Part shown: one piece after another, positions 51,400 to 64,000 of the stretch
Position numbering within the stretch: the first letter of the stretch is position 1
Layout of the letters: every line of letters starts with the position of its first letter
NCBI GenBank assembly: GCA_965153455.1
Contig: OZ234494.1
Span: 11,966,001 to 12,030,000, forward strand
DNA from: Sphagnum compactum
Taxonomy: Eukaryota
Direction: 5' to 3'
DNA: 64,000 nt
Translations under genes and position numbers: made by a program
The notes under the pieces: generated by a model
The model's input: only the letters and a program-made list of their open reading frames with translations
Database searches by the model: none
Told to the model about the DNA's origin: nothing

Positions 51400-53960
51400 T
51401 GGAAAATTATCACAGAGTGAACCTATTTTTTTGGTGCATACCTCACAACACTTAGCTACAAGTGTTGGGTCAAGTGATTGCGACTTTCTTTTTCAACAAT
51501 GAAACTAAACTAAAATAGTGTTGATCTTCAATAAAACCCAAAACATGAACCATAGCAATCTTTGGAAGCTTGACATATTTGGAAATGAATAAGACAACAA
51601 ATGTGATGCATTGATGACCAAATATTCGTAAGAACATTTACAATGGTGGGATTAGCCTTATCAAAAGCAAGAGTCATTATTTCAACCATGGCTTGAGCAT
51701 AATTAGATTTCTTTTTCAACTTGAATAGACTTTGTTGAACATCCAACTCCCACCCTAATAAAATTGTAGGAACCATAAGAAGAGACTTGCCATCTTTGGA
51801 TTTTCAACTGGACTTGGACTTGCAATGTATTAGAGGCCTTTCAACATCTCCAAATGTTAAGAAAATGTCAGCTTTGCATAAATTTGTAGCTAGTATTGGG
51901 TTTAATAAACCCTAAACCCTAAACCTTCTAAACAATCCCCACAACATCTAAAATTGATTGTTCAAGAAATTGAACATCCAACTCCAATATCAATCCTCTA
52001 ACCACCTTTTCCACCCAATGACAAACACCATCATTGTCAAACAATGAAGAGCAACGCTCACCTCTACTACATTAAACCAAACATTTGACCTAGTCAAATC
52101 AATTGAAAACCAATTCCCACATGTACCACATTTCAACAAACACCACTAGCATGCCCCATAAGCAATGCCAAATTGAACTAATAATTGATGTATCTACCAC
52201 ACCTTAAACATTGTGAGTGACATTGCAAGCTAAAAAAATTACAAACCTTGCCATATAGATGTTGTTTCAAGCAACACAAAAATTAAAATCCTTGTTGTAT
52301 GAACATTGTTTCAAACAATAACAAAAATTATTGACCTTGCCATATGGAAGTTGTTTAAGGCACCAAAAACATAAGTAGGTTTACTTTGTTGGCTTGAATA
52401 ATCTCACATCATGCTTATTGTTTGAACATAATTCAAAAGGGGTGAACAACTTACTTTTTCATTCAACTTTCACTAGCTACAATACATGTGCAAAAGCAAC
52501 TTATGGGAATGGCAACATATCACCTACATTAGGATAGATTGTGCCTTAATGCGCCCACATTTTCTCACCATTCACAACAAAAGCAATATGTTCAATTGAA
52601 TTAATTTTGTAATAGGTCATTGATTTTGTGTGGATTTTCCATGATTACCTTGTAACAGCCCATCAAAGGACCAAAATTCATCACCATTAAAGGAAGAGTT
52701 GTTGTCATAATACAAAATATATAACTAACCCTTGAAAACCTTCACCACATCAATGAAGTCACATATGAAAATGTCCCTCCTTTGAGCAAATTTGAGGAAG
52801 GACCACATAGTATCCATCAACTGCAAAATACACACAAGCCCCAACAACAAATGCATGTAAGTGAAAAGTTCAAAGTTTTCTTGCCATAAGCATGACACAA
52901 AGTCAAAATCTAAACCTAATTCCATTATAAATTTGATGCAAAGTTTTTCTTATAAGAAAACACCACATCATCATTAGGCCTAACCTTTGCCAGTTGGGTA
53001 GAATTAAAATCAGCTTGTATCATTTTAAGAAAAGGATGGTATTATGACATGATCCTCTTTAGAGGCTCCAACATAGACATCCATCTAATCTTCACTTTTT
53101 CAAAATTTTGCTTCCATTTGTCTCCATGATTTGAGCTATTTTTTGAAATTCCAAATGCCATTTTGGTGAGTGGTTGAAATAGCCATACATGTCAAGCTTG
53201 AATGATTTAATTTTCGCAATGAAAATCAAACCACCCAAAGATTGAATTGCCAAGTTAATCCTATGATTAACACAATGAACGCCCATCGAAAAAGGTGCCC
53301 ATGAATCTTTGATTTACTTTGTCACTCCTATTTCCCCACCCTATTTGTTCCATTTGTTCCAAAGCATAAAAGCTTTTTGGAGACACCTTCCTTGGTTGGC
53401 CCCTCACCCTTGAACAAAACATTAATGATTGCTTCCTCTAAGTTGTTAAACCTAAATCCAACAATTTTGTCAACACAAACTAAAATAGGTCATCTAGTCC
53501 AACCATCAACCACATAGGCATGAACACAAATCCAAAACGCATTTTCAGTTGTTGCAACCTCATCGCATGAACAAGCAATGAACTAAGCTCCTTGGATGGC
53601 TATAATAATGGTAGCTTGTATTTTATTATAGATGAATTCAACAAGGATCCAACTAGTTCCATCATACCAATGCATGGTTGGATTGTTGAAAACTTGCAAG
53701 CTCACAAATAATTCATACAAAGACTCGTATTTCAACATTGGACAACCATGTGCAAGAATATGGGACGAGGTCTTTAAATGAACCACCTTATGATTTGCTT
53801 CACCTACAAGGCAATGCATTTGTTCCAAAATTCATTTAGAGGCTTGTTGGTGATACAACCTCATATTCTTCAAGTGCGCATAATTTTTAACAATGTATTC
53901 CCCCCTTCTTCACCCCAAAATGTGGCAAGTTTTGCACTGAAATTCTACAACCCTAATGTT
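51400..53960 (-). mobile_element. Degenerate hAT-superfamily (ZNF862-like) transposase
   Basis: Minus strand: HILAHGCPMLKYESLYELF..HWYDGTSW, FIACSCDEVATTENAFWICVHAYVV (first catalytic D region), LLCFGTNG, MGVHCVNHRINLA (CxxH motif), YFNHSPKWHLEF, RWMSML, LKFAQRRDIFICDF, and a decayed dimerisation region (IAMVHVLGF) near 51540-51560. Many stops and frameshifts. Confidence 0.75.
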
Positions 53961-54061
53961 TTGTTAAGATATCCCACTTACAACCCATAATTTATCGTTG
54001 TTTTTGCTAAGAAGATAAACTTGTGCACTGCATAACGTGGGTAAACCCCACCCTTTGCACA

Positions 54062-57000
54062 TTGGACTTGTACCCATATGTAGAAACAACAGAGTTCAAG
54101 ACTATAAATGTAGAGTTCCAAGCAGCGATTGGGTATGGGGCATCTTTTAACCACTTGCAGGATTACAAGATATATGAGATTGTGATAAAAATGTTTTTCC
54201 CGAAGTTTTTGAACAACTTGTGACAACCTCCTAGAGAGAATCCATGGCCAACACACTTGAAAACACAAAATTACAGAATGTTGTTCATCGGTAGTGTGAT
54301 TACCTCCTTGAATTTTAGGCCGACTACAAAATAATTGAATCAATCTTGTAATGAAAATGGCTAGGAAACACTTCTGAAGTTGAGGATGATGCATATGAAA
54401 TTCCAAAACCTGCTTAGAATATATGGATGGATCAATTGGTGTCGACTGGCAGTAATACCACAAGCGAGGTGGAAAGGAGAGCTCCTCACCATGCTAGAAA
54501 GACATAATGACGAATATGGAAGGAGACGATGGATACGAAGGATACCACGTCAATGGCTACATCAAACTCCACAATAGGTCCCAATGAAATGAATAACCCA
54601 CCAATGGCATTAAACTAATCTTAGTATATTCGAAACAGAGTCTCATGACATCATTCAGAAGAATTGGAAACCTAACAAGAGAAGAATTTGGAATAAATAT
54701 GGGTAATAGTGAACAACTTTATGTAAACAAAGAACTTGGAGGCTTTGATGTTCATGGAAATAATTATTGTGTCATGAAATGTTCATTGAAAGGCAATGCG
54801 TTTTTGAATAGAAATAATAATATGTTCACTATCAACTGAATACAATATAAGTGGAGAAAACTAGTGGACAATGTATTGGTTTTGTGAAATACAAAGATAT
54901 TGGTCTAAAAATGGGCGTCACATTTTGAAATTATTGACAAAAGTGATAACCCAAAATTTGCATTTGATTTCAACTATAATAATACAAGTAGTGCATGAAA
55001 TAAGTGACTATTATGTATGTGGGATAAAATGAAAATGTTAGGGAGATGAAAAAAACAAAAGAGCCTAGAAGCAATGATGATATCAACATTTTGAGCCAAC
55101 TAAAAAAATGATTACAAATGTTTTTAAAAAAATTTAGGTTAGTTAGGCATCTAGAATTGAGGGAAAAGTTTTATTTTTTTTAAATTTGAGAAGGGTTTCC
55201 AAATTAATAAAAAAAATTGGGTGTGCAAAAAAATAATAAAATCTCCTTTGAATTTTTACATTGTAAGAAAGCCTACAAATACAAAATATTTAACAATTTT
55301 ATCCTTGGAACATAACACAAACCAAATATTTAAAAAATTGATGTGGTGAATCTGGAGCACTTGATTTCAAGTTTTGCTTTATAATGAATTGTAGTTGATA
55401 ACACTTAAATTGAATGGGAAAGCTCATTTAAGTCAAAATAAAACTAAAGTCAACAACAAGTGATAATGATAGAAAATTAAAAATGCATTGATAAGTATGT
55501 CGAACCGTTGGAAACCTGGAAGATAGTTAGAAACTTGGGGAATAAAACACAATTCAAATTGGGAAACATGTTGAAACACTTGGGATTGTTGTTACATACA
55601 TTGCACTTATATTATGCAAGATTAAAAAAAAAAAGTCCCACGATGGGCAATTGCAGGGTTCAAATATGAGAACACATAACAATTTTATGATGTTCATGAA
55701 GTAGTGGTGTATTGCATATAGAAATGGTAGTTAATTTGGAGAAGTGTCCATTGATAAGAAGAATTTGATATGTTTGGTGGTCTCACAATAAGTGAGAAGC
55801 AAGTTGAAGGGCTTTGTAAAATCATCAATTTATTGAAGATTCTATATTTGCTTTAGTAATTCATAAAAAAATGCAAGTACATTCATCGAATCAATAGATG
55901 ATTAATGATATGATGTTTCAAAATAACTCGAAGTGTTTGAATATAGGGATTGATATTCCATTTTAAATTCTATTTCAATTAACATCCCTATATTGAAATC
56001 ATTCTTGACATTTGTTGTCTTGACCTTGCACCAAAATTGGATGTCATCTAGCCAAGATGGCCATTTGGATTATCAACAAGGGGGAGTTCGAAGAAAACAT
56101 CACCATCAAAAGTGGATGGAATGCTAAGAGCATTTTCAATCCAAAGTGTATCATAATTCAATTATCTCAACTCCAAGGTGGCATGGAGGGCAAAAGACAT
56201 TGCTTTAAGGCATTCCACAACATTGAGAACAAAAGGGTGAACTTGAAGCAACATGTTGAAAGGATTTGAAAAGAACATGTCAAAATTAAAAAAAAGGAAT
56301 TAAACAAGTGTACAAAGATTGGCAATGTTCCATCCTCGTCGGAAAAGTCACACAAATCTCTGAATGCAATTTTATGATTTGAAGCGACACCAATTAATTC
56401 GTCATTGACTTGAAAATCATTGGCAATAGACGGAGTAATGCCCTAGTGTCAAGACTAGGTTTTGGGAATTTTTGGGGAGATTTTTCCCAATGATATTGAA
56501 TTTCTCAATATATTGAGTCCTTTTCCAATCCTTGTGTAGTAATAACTAAAGTTAGAAATCAAACATTGCACATAAGCATTTTTAAGTTACATGTGGAATT
56601 CCAAACAATACCCAATCATTATTGACCAATATTAGAGGGTGTTAGATTGGTCATCATAAATCTAATGTCATTGAATAATGCAAAATCTTGTTTTCAGAAA
56701 ATCCATAATCTATTTTTATGACTTCATGATTATAAAAAAGGTCCCATTTTTCCAAATAGGGTTTCAACTATTTTTTCATTCTTCTATTTTGCAAGTAAGT
56801 AGCATCAATGTGAGATTGCAAAATGTATTTAAATATGAAATCAGAGGCCACAAAACCTAACATTGGTCCAAGATTGCTTTATTGGAGCCTGAAACATTAA
56901 ACTGTGTAAAAAACATTTTTGAATGAATAGATTGAGAAAAATAAATCTATTAACCTCTTAGTTTCGACGTTGAAAGTAGGAGGCCGAGAGCACAAAAAAA

Positions 57001-58243
57001 AGATTTCAGCCATGCCGAGAGGTCTAAACATAGAGCTTGGAGTTCAAAGCATGGCCAAGGCAAAACATTTTGTGTTCGGCCTCCTACTTACGACACTGAA
57101 AGTAGGAGGCCAAGAACAAAACTTTTTTTCTTTTGGCCATGCATGGAACTCCAAGCGCAGAGCTTAGAAACTCAAAGCATGGCTCATGCAAACTTTCTGG
57201 TTGGTTGCTTCCTATTTTCAAAGCCGAGAATAGGATGTTGAGAGCAAAAAAAATTGTTCTCGACCATACTTAGAGCTCCAAGCATGAATCTTGGAAGTTC
57301 AAAGCATGGCTAAAACAATTTTTTTGCATTCAACCTCCTACTTTCAGTTCCAAAAGTAGGAAGCCAAGATGAAACAAAATTGATCTTGGCCATGCATAGA
57401 ACTCCAAGCACAAAGCTTAAAAACTCAAAGCATGGCTAAGACAATTTTTTTGCTCTTTACCTCTTACTTTCAATGCCGAATGTAAAAGACTGAAAGCAAA
57501 AATATTGCTTTCAACCATGCCTAGATCTCCATGGAAAAAGTTGGAACAATTTTTTTCGCACTCGCCTTCCTATTTTTGATGTCAAAAGTAGGAGGGCAAG
57601 AGCAATTTTTTTTTGTCTCAACCATGCCTAAAACTCCAAGCACGGAACTTGGAATTTCAAAGCATGGTTGAGGCCTTTTTTTTTTGCGCTCCACCTCCTA
57701 CTTTTAGTGTCAAAAGTAGGAGGCTAAACACAATAAAAATTGCTCCAACTTTGTGCATGGAGATTTGAGCATGGTTTAGAGCAATTTTTTTTGCTTTCAG
57801 TCTCCTATTCTTAGCACCAAAAGTAGGAGATTGAAAACAAATGTTTTTGCCTTGGCCACATTTTTGAGTTTCTAAGCTTTGTGCTTAGAGTTTTAAGCAT
57901 GGCTGAGATCAATTTTTTTCGTCTTGGCCTCCTATTTTCGATGCCAAAAGTAGGAGGTTGAGAGCAAAAAAAATTGGCCACACTTTGAGTTTTTAAGCTT
58001 TGTGCTTGGAGTTCTAAAGCATAAAGCTTAAAAACTCAAGTGTGGCCAAGGCAATGTTTTTGGCTCTCAACCTCCTACTTTTGGTAACGAGAATAGGAGA
58101 CCAAAAGCAAAAAAATTGCTCTAAACCATGCCTAGATCTCCATGCAGAGAGTTGGAGCAAATTTTTTTGTGTTTGGCCTCTTACTTTCGGCATTGAAAGT
58201 AGGAGGCCAAGAGTAGAAAAATTTAATCTCAACCATGCTTAGA
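54062..58243 (-). mobile_element. Right, inverted copy of the 25298-30029 repeat, with its palindrome array at ~56950-58243
   Basis: Reverse-complement collinearity with the left copy. Paired ORFs in the track: 27825-28034(-) vs 56057-56269(+), and 29832-30059(+) vs 53978-54463(-). Confidence 0.85.
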
Positions 58244-61176
58244 CGCATGCTTGAAGATTTTGGCATTTTTTGTGCTTGTTTTTCATGTAAAAACTCCTTT
58301 GGGAGGTGAACCGAAAACAACGCCTGGCCCTGGAGTTGTGAGGAAAAAAAAAAAACTCAGAAGAGGGCCCCCTGCCACTGTGGCAGAGGGTCCCTCCCAT
58401 CCTTTCTTCCTTGTTGTTTTGTTTTGTTTTATTTCTTGGTGTTCATGCAGGTGGCAGCAACAGTGCCTGTGCAGGCGCTGCCATTTCGCCGTCGCTAGAA
58501 GTTCAATGCTCTTAGCCAGTTGTAGGTTGCTGGGAGGAAACAAAAAACAAACAAAAGGAGGGGGTGTGAGGGGGCCGCGGAGCCCTCTCGCGTTGTGGCG
58601 GTTGCACTGCCACGCAGCCTGCTACAACTACAGCAGGTGTTGTAGGAGCGCAAGGTAGGAAAAATAAAAGGAACTCCCCTCCCTCTTTGGGCGTTTCTTT
58701 TCGTGTGTGTGTTCATAGTGGGGGGTGGCGCCTTCAACAGCTAAGAAGAAGGAAGGAGGAAGAAGGAGGGAAAGAGAGGGAAAAAAAAAAAGGTTAGAGG
58801 AGGGCAGCGATGGCGGGAGCGTGAAGCTCCGCAGCACCATCGCCGTGAGCTCCCATCTCACCCGAGCCTCCCCTCGAACCTGACAGGTTCGGCAGAATGG
58901 GAGGTTTGCGAGGTCCGGGGGAGGCCCCGGATAAGGAGGATCGAGGGGTCCGATCTGGACCTCCCTTTTTAGTTTTCATTGTTTTTCCAAATTTCCGAAC
59001 CTAGAACGCAGGTTCGGCACCAATCCGAACCTACCAACATTTTTATTTTTATCTTTGTTTTATTGTAAAAAATTCATCCATAATTTTGGATGAAGTAGGG
59101 TTCATCCAAGTAGAGGGGTTTTCATCCATATTTTGGATTTAGGATTTCATCCAAAGTTTTCATCCATGTGTGATTTTCGACGGGCCATATTTTTCACATA
59201 CAGGCTCGGATTGCAACAATTATGGCGTCATCGGATTCATGTTGGCAAGCTCTACGCAACAGTGGGTGTGTAGTCACTTTTGGAGATTATGATTTTGGGA
59301 CTCCAGAGACTTTTCTTTTTTTTTAAAGCATATATTTCACATAAAATCCCAGAAATTGATATCTCCCACATGCAACACCTGTTTCGGGTGCCATATTCAC
59401 CGTTGCTCTTGTGGTGAAGGATTATTTTGGGAGGTTTAAGCTAGATTGGTGGAGGTGCATTTCCTAGCCCCTTTTATAGTGGTGTGGCACAAGGGGTGAA
59501 GGAGGTGTGAGGTGCATAGGAGGGCACAAAACACAAGAGCAACACATAGGTGATTTACCTGTAAGAACTCTTAATACCCACAAGTGGTGGAGTGCCATGC
59601 CATCAAGCCACATCATCAACTTTTGAATTTCTGCATACTTGTTGTAAATCTCCGAGTGGAACTTACAAGGGTGGAGGCATGTTTGTGTTATAAAGTTCTT
59701 CCCCCTTGTGTTGTGGGTTTTTGCACATGTTTCCTGTGTCTATGTTTGGGATTGTCAATTATTTATTAGGGAGTAGGGAAACCCTATCAGGTAGGTTGTG
59801 TGTTTTCGGGTTACATCATAGGGCGAGCATAAGCTTGTGTGATGATTTCTTGAAGATTTGTGCATACTATTCACGAAGAAACTTTGGGTAAAAGGCTACG
59901 AGCCTTCCCACGAATGCTAATTATAACACGTAGTGAACCCAAAGGTTGTAGTTGGCGTGGTTAATGGCCAGGTATGGGACAAGGCTACCACCCAACTTCG
60001 AGTGATGTATAGGTCCTGCTTGACCCCTAATTTGCCTAGACATAGGTATTAGGGTTTAGTAGTGGGTAGGTTGTATTTAGTGTTCTTATTTGTTGTTGGG
60101 TGAGATTGGGTTGATGACCGATAGACTCGTTGTGGCGGTGAAACCAGAATAATGACCCGTGAGATCACATTTGTCATTTCTACAATTGTGAAGGCCCCAA
60201 GTGCATGCTTGGCCCCATAAAATGTTTTTGTGGATGCAGGTGCCCCAGCCATACAATGTAGCAACCTTGGTCACCATTTTGGTTTGGGGGATTTTAGGGT
60301 TAGGGAAAGCCGCAACAAGTCAGCATCCTTGTAGGATTAGTTGAGCTGATACAGGTGCAATAATCTTGGTCACATTAGGGTTACATGATTCAAGGTTACA
60401 TGTTTAAGGTTTTTAGGGAAACTCGGATTAGGGTTAGGTTTCATCATAGACAAGTGTTGGGATTTAAATTCCGGAGATAGGTTTGCTAGAGGATTTACCA
60501 AGCGAAGGGTGTGAATCTGACCACCCACTCTACCTACATTAGCATTTGGAAAAGATTACTTAAATTCTCAGACAAAACTACCACCGGTAGTGTCTGTACC
60601 ACTTGTGTGGGACATGGAGGACATGTATGGCCCCTTTAAAGGGCCTCGTCAATTTTTGGGGGCAGTCGGCACCATCAAATTGGATGACTTCATTTGGGAG
60701 TTCGATACCTGGTGTGATATGCAGTAGCTGCAGAATCCGCAACAATTTACACATTTCTTGGCATGGAAAGGTTTATTCCAGCATTTGGAGGGATCACCCA
60801 CGGATGACTATCACGAATTTTGTGATGCCCATGAAGCTGATATTGAAGAATGGCACCAGTACTAGTCGCCAAATTTCTTTTCCATCACCAAAGGTTGGCT
60901 GGCTATGCCAACACCTACCCCATTGATCACTATCACAGGGGTTGGTGTAGGTCTTTTTACATTTGGGGGCAAAGGCAACGATCCAATTGTTAAAGCACGG
61001 GTTCTTCTTGCTTTTAACCTTGTCACCGAATTCTTTGAGGAGCTTCACATTAATTACTAAGGTGTGAAGATTGAAAAATTTCATAGATTGTAAAAGTTTC
61101 AGCACCAACCCCATGAAAGTTTGCAGGAAGCGTACACGCAAATGTGAAGGTTGATAAATGTGACCAAGGGGGTCAC

Positions 61177-62645
61177 TGACGCGCTCCCAAATCCCTATTT
61201 AGTCCCAAGATGGGGCTAACTTGTTCAAGTTGCGGAAAAGGAAGGGACTCGGGACACGCTCCCAACCTTCAGCACTAAAAGAGGTAGAGGGGCATGTTGA
61301 AGCCTCGGGATGGGACTAGGAAGAGTGACAAGCTTATTCACTTACTCGAAGGTGCATCAAAACTAACCAACAAGTTGGTTAGTTCAATTTCTGGATCAAC
61401 CTTGGTGCTCGGACAAGCCACTGGCAACTCTGGATTCACAAGACTCACCACGGCCCGGACTCGGGGGAAGCCACCACCTTCCCCCATACAGTAAACTCTC
61501 TCTAAACTGATACTGTGTAAAGTAATATTCTCTCTAAACTAATATGCGGGCACAGGCCCGTGGCGGGCCTCATACTTAATCTAATAATTTTCCATAAACT
61601 GATATTCAATATTTTTTTCCGGTCCCATAACATTTTATAAACTAATACATCATACATATGGCACCAAAAAAGCGATGAAATCAGAGGAAACACCTTCGAA
61701 AGTATAGAGCTACGCGGACCTTGTCCGTCATAGTGGTATGAAAAGTTCCTTTCTGCGGCATTGTTCTGCTCCTACTTTTGGGGAAAGGGTTTGAACAAGA
61801 CTGACCAGCTGACTGCCCACATCCCCTTTTATAGAGCGAAGGAGGGTATTCTGAGAGTACCCAGAGTGCAGCTTTCCACAACTTCACTTTCTGCCAAGAT
61901 TTCTATCACTCATGTCATATGATCTTCTACGTGTTTCTTTGATCCTCCACCAAGCTCCACAAGGTTCCGTTACCTTCCCCAATGATCCATGACCTTCTAC
62001 TAACCTCCATGACCTTCCATGCTGCTCTGGCAGGTTCCGGAATGATTTTTGTTACCCCCCATATAATTTGTGTAAACTAATATCCTCCATAAACTAATAT
62101 CTTCCGATCGGTCCCAAGGATATTAGTTTAGAGAGAGTTAACTGTATAGTATTCTCTGCGTTCGCCTGCGGCACCCGCATCCAAATGGCTTTTCGTCCTG
62201 GGACTCCCAAGGAGGAGTCGTGAAACTATCCTGGTTTGGACTCCTGGGACTTTGGAAGCTCATAGCTCCCAGCTCCGACTTCCGATTGAGATGAGGTCTA
62301 AAGCAATCTTGTAACTCTCCTCGCGAGCTTTTCAACGGTGTGTCGCACTCCACCTGCACGCACCGGGGTCGGGTCGATTCCCGACTTTTAGTGGTCGGGC
62401 AGTTTGACTCCCGGCCCTTCTTTTGACCATAACTTGTGCTGTAGATCTTCAAATGGCCTATGTGAGCCCATTTTCGACATCTACACTTCAAGACCTTTCC
62501 ACCGGTATAAAGAACTTTTCAATGCAAGGTGTTTTGACCCCTATAATCAAGCTCTAAGTTTTCGGGAGTCCCCGAGGACTCCAAGTCCCCACTTTCGGGA
62601 GTGTGAGTCTCATCCTCACACTTGCCTCAAAGTGGGGTTGCGACA
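61177..62645. mobile_element. Solo LTR with 5-bp target-site duplication
   Basis: Starts TGACGC and ends GCGACA (TG...CA, short imperfect inverted ends). GTCAC is duplicated at 61172-61176 and 62646-62650. Confidence 0.88.
61489..62144. mobile_element. Tc1/mariner-pogo-type MITE (656 bp) nested in the solo LTR
   Basis: TIRs CAGTAAACTCTCTCTAAACTGATA / TATTAGTTTAGAGAGAGTTAACTG, with TA on both sides (61487-61488, 62145-62146). Subterminal taaactaatat repeats. Confidence 0.9.
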
Positions 62646-64000
62646 GTCACAGAGGCCCAAGTTATCCAATTTTGGTATGGGATCCTAAAAAAAGATTTGA
62701 GATGAGAGGTGTAAGACATAATTTTCACCTAGCTTACCTAACCCACGTTGGCACTGATTTTGTAGGTATTTAAATGCATTAAACTCAACATGGTGAAGGA
62801 GAAGGTTGTTACCCTAGGGTTTAGTAGGGAAACCCTAAAACCTTCTCCTACTTCATTGACTCAACAATCACGTGGTTAGGCATCGAGGACTGCACCACAA
62901 AAAGGCAAGGGGCCCAAACAGGAACCCCGTGGGGGTTCCCCATCCTACACTACTAAACATGGGGGAGAGGATAAGTGTTGGAGGTGTGGTGGGCCACGTC
63001 GGAAAAAGGATTATCCCATTCCTCCTTAGGTGACCACCTCTAACCCTAATCCCAACCAACTTTGTTCCCATTGCAAGGTGGATGTAAACCATTGCTTCAT
63101 GTTTCATCCAAAGTTATGGCAAGGTCAGTTCTAGACATAAAATGTGAGGAAGTCTTTAGGTTTTAGCAGGGGCTAGAAAACGAATGGTGTGGCCAATAAA
63201 AGGCCGGCTACCAAATTAGTTCCAAACCAACCCAATGCCATGGAGGCACAGTTTGCACGTTTAGAGGCGTTGGTGACGAGTATGGCATCCAGCATGGCAA
63301 CATAGGTGAACTCATAGCACCTATGCCAAGTGATTATTCAGCTTAGGGTTTCGACCCTGGATTTTTTTGTGGGGTTGGATTTTCAAGGCCATTAAGTCCA
63401 GATGAGATCAAATCAGGTATTCCCGACGGTCATGTTTTAAGGGTAGCCAATGACAAAACCCTAGTCATGGTTTTGACAACCGCACCAATTATTAGGGGAA
63501 ATGTTAAAGTGCAGGAACCACAAGGTGTTGATGAGAGATTAAATCCTTAGCGTGGGGAGGCTCAACATTAAATTCGTATGCCACAATCCTTCATGTTGAT
63601 CGACACAGTCCACACTTCAATGGACACATCCAACCCCATGAGGGCATCGATTACAACCATTAGATTGTCTGGTTCCACTTCAACAACTTGGGCACCCAAT
63701 AGTGTGTGGGGGGCAACTAGGTTGGTGTGCCAAACACCATTGTTTCCCACTACGATGCTTGATTATCGACCAACTACAATATTTCTTATGGCAGCCACAA
63801 TATGTGATAGCATGGATACACCAGGGATGGTGGCTACACCTATCAAGGATTCCTCGGAAAGCTTATTCTGTCAACCACCAATTGGCCAAATATTTGTTGG
63901 CGACATACCTGTCGACCATTTATTTGTTGACCTACATGTGAGTGCATTTGTTGATGGATTACATGTTGGCCAGCCACCTGTTATGGTGGTGCCATCTTGG

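Larger units (their letters stand above)
60600..63300 (+). mobile_element. Decayed LTR-retrotransposon gag-like region, interrupted by a solo LTR
   Basis: Stop-riddled frame GPFKGPRQFLGAVGTIKLDDFIWEFDTWCDMQ..AWKGLFQHLEG..KFQHQPHESLQEAYTQM*RLINVTKGVT resumes as EAQVIQFWYGILKKDLR after the insertion. The Q..ESL.EAY..M.RL pattern is retrotransposon-gag-like. Confidence 0.6.

Noticed and set aside
58250..59050. GC-rich segment with short ORFs and small hairpins (ccgaacct..aggttcgg)
   Set aside because: No coherent protein or RNA-gene signature; probably part of a repeat element that cannot be classified here.

Overview
AT-rich, intron-containing land-plant nuclear DNA. The repeat landscape and gene style suggest a moss such as Sphagnum, but that is inference. 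It holds four host loci: (1) a multi-exon DNA ligase I copy with two nonsense codons, two frameshifts and a broken donor, i.e. an unprocessed pseudogene (1774-5910, +); (2) an intact RABC/Rab18 GTPase with no introns in its CDS (13982-14632, +); (3) a group III CONSTANS-like B-box/CCT gene whose first intron carries a ~240-bp tandem array (37031-41080, +); and (4) a convergent 11-exon BRO1-like gene with one non-canonical GG donor (42724-47433, -). The rest is mostly transposon debris: a 5'-truncated CRE-like non-LTR element, decayed SWIM-finger (MULE-like) and hAT transposases, several MITE families, minisatellites, and a three-level nest (gag remnant > solo LTR with 5-bp TSD > TA-flanked MITE). 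The most striking large-scale structure is a pair of ~4.2-4.7-kb inverted copies (about 25.3-30.0 kb and 54.1-58.2 kb). Their outer ends carry arrays of ~30-bp palindromes, and they bracket ~24 kb that includes the two intact multi-exon genes. I found no evidence for a clearly new enzymatic system, a CRISPR array or RNA genes. Alignments were done by eye, so repeat boundaries are approximate.
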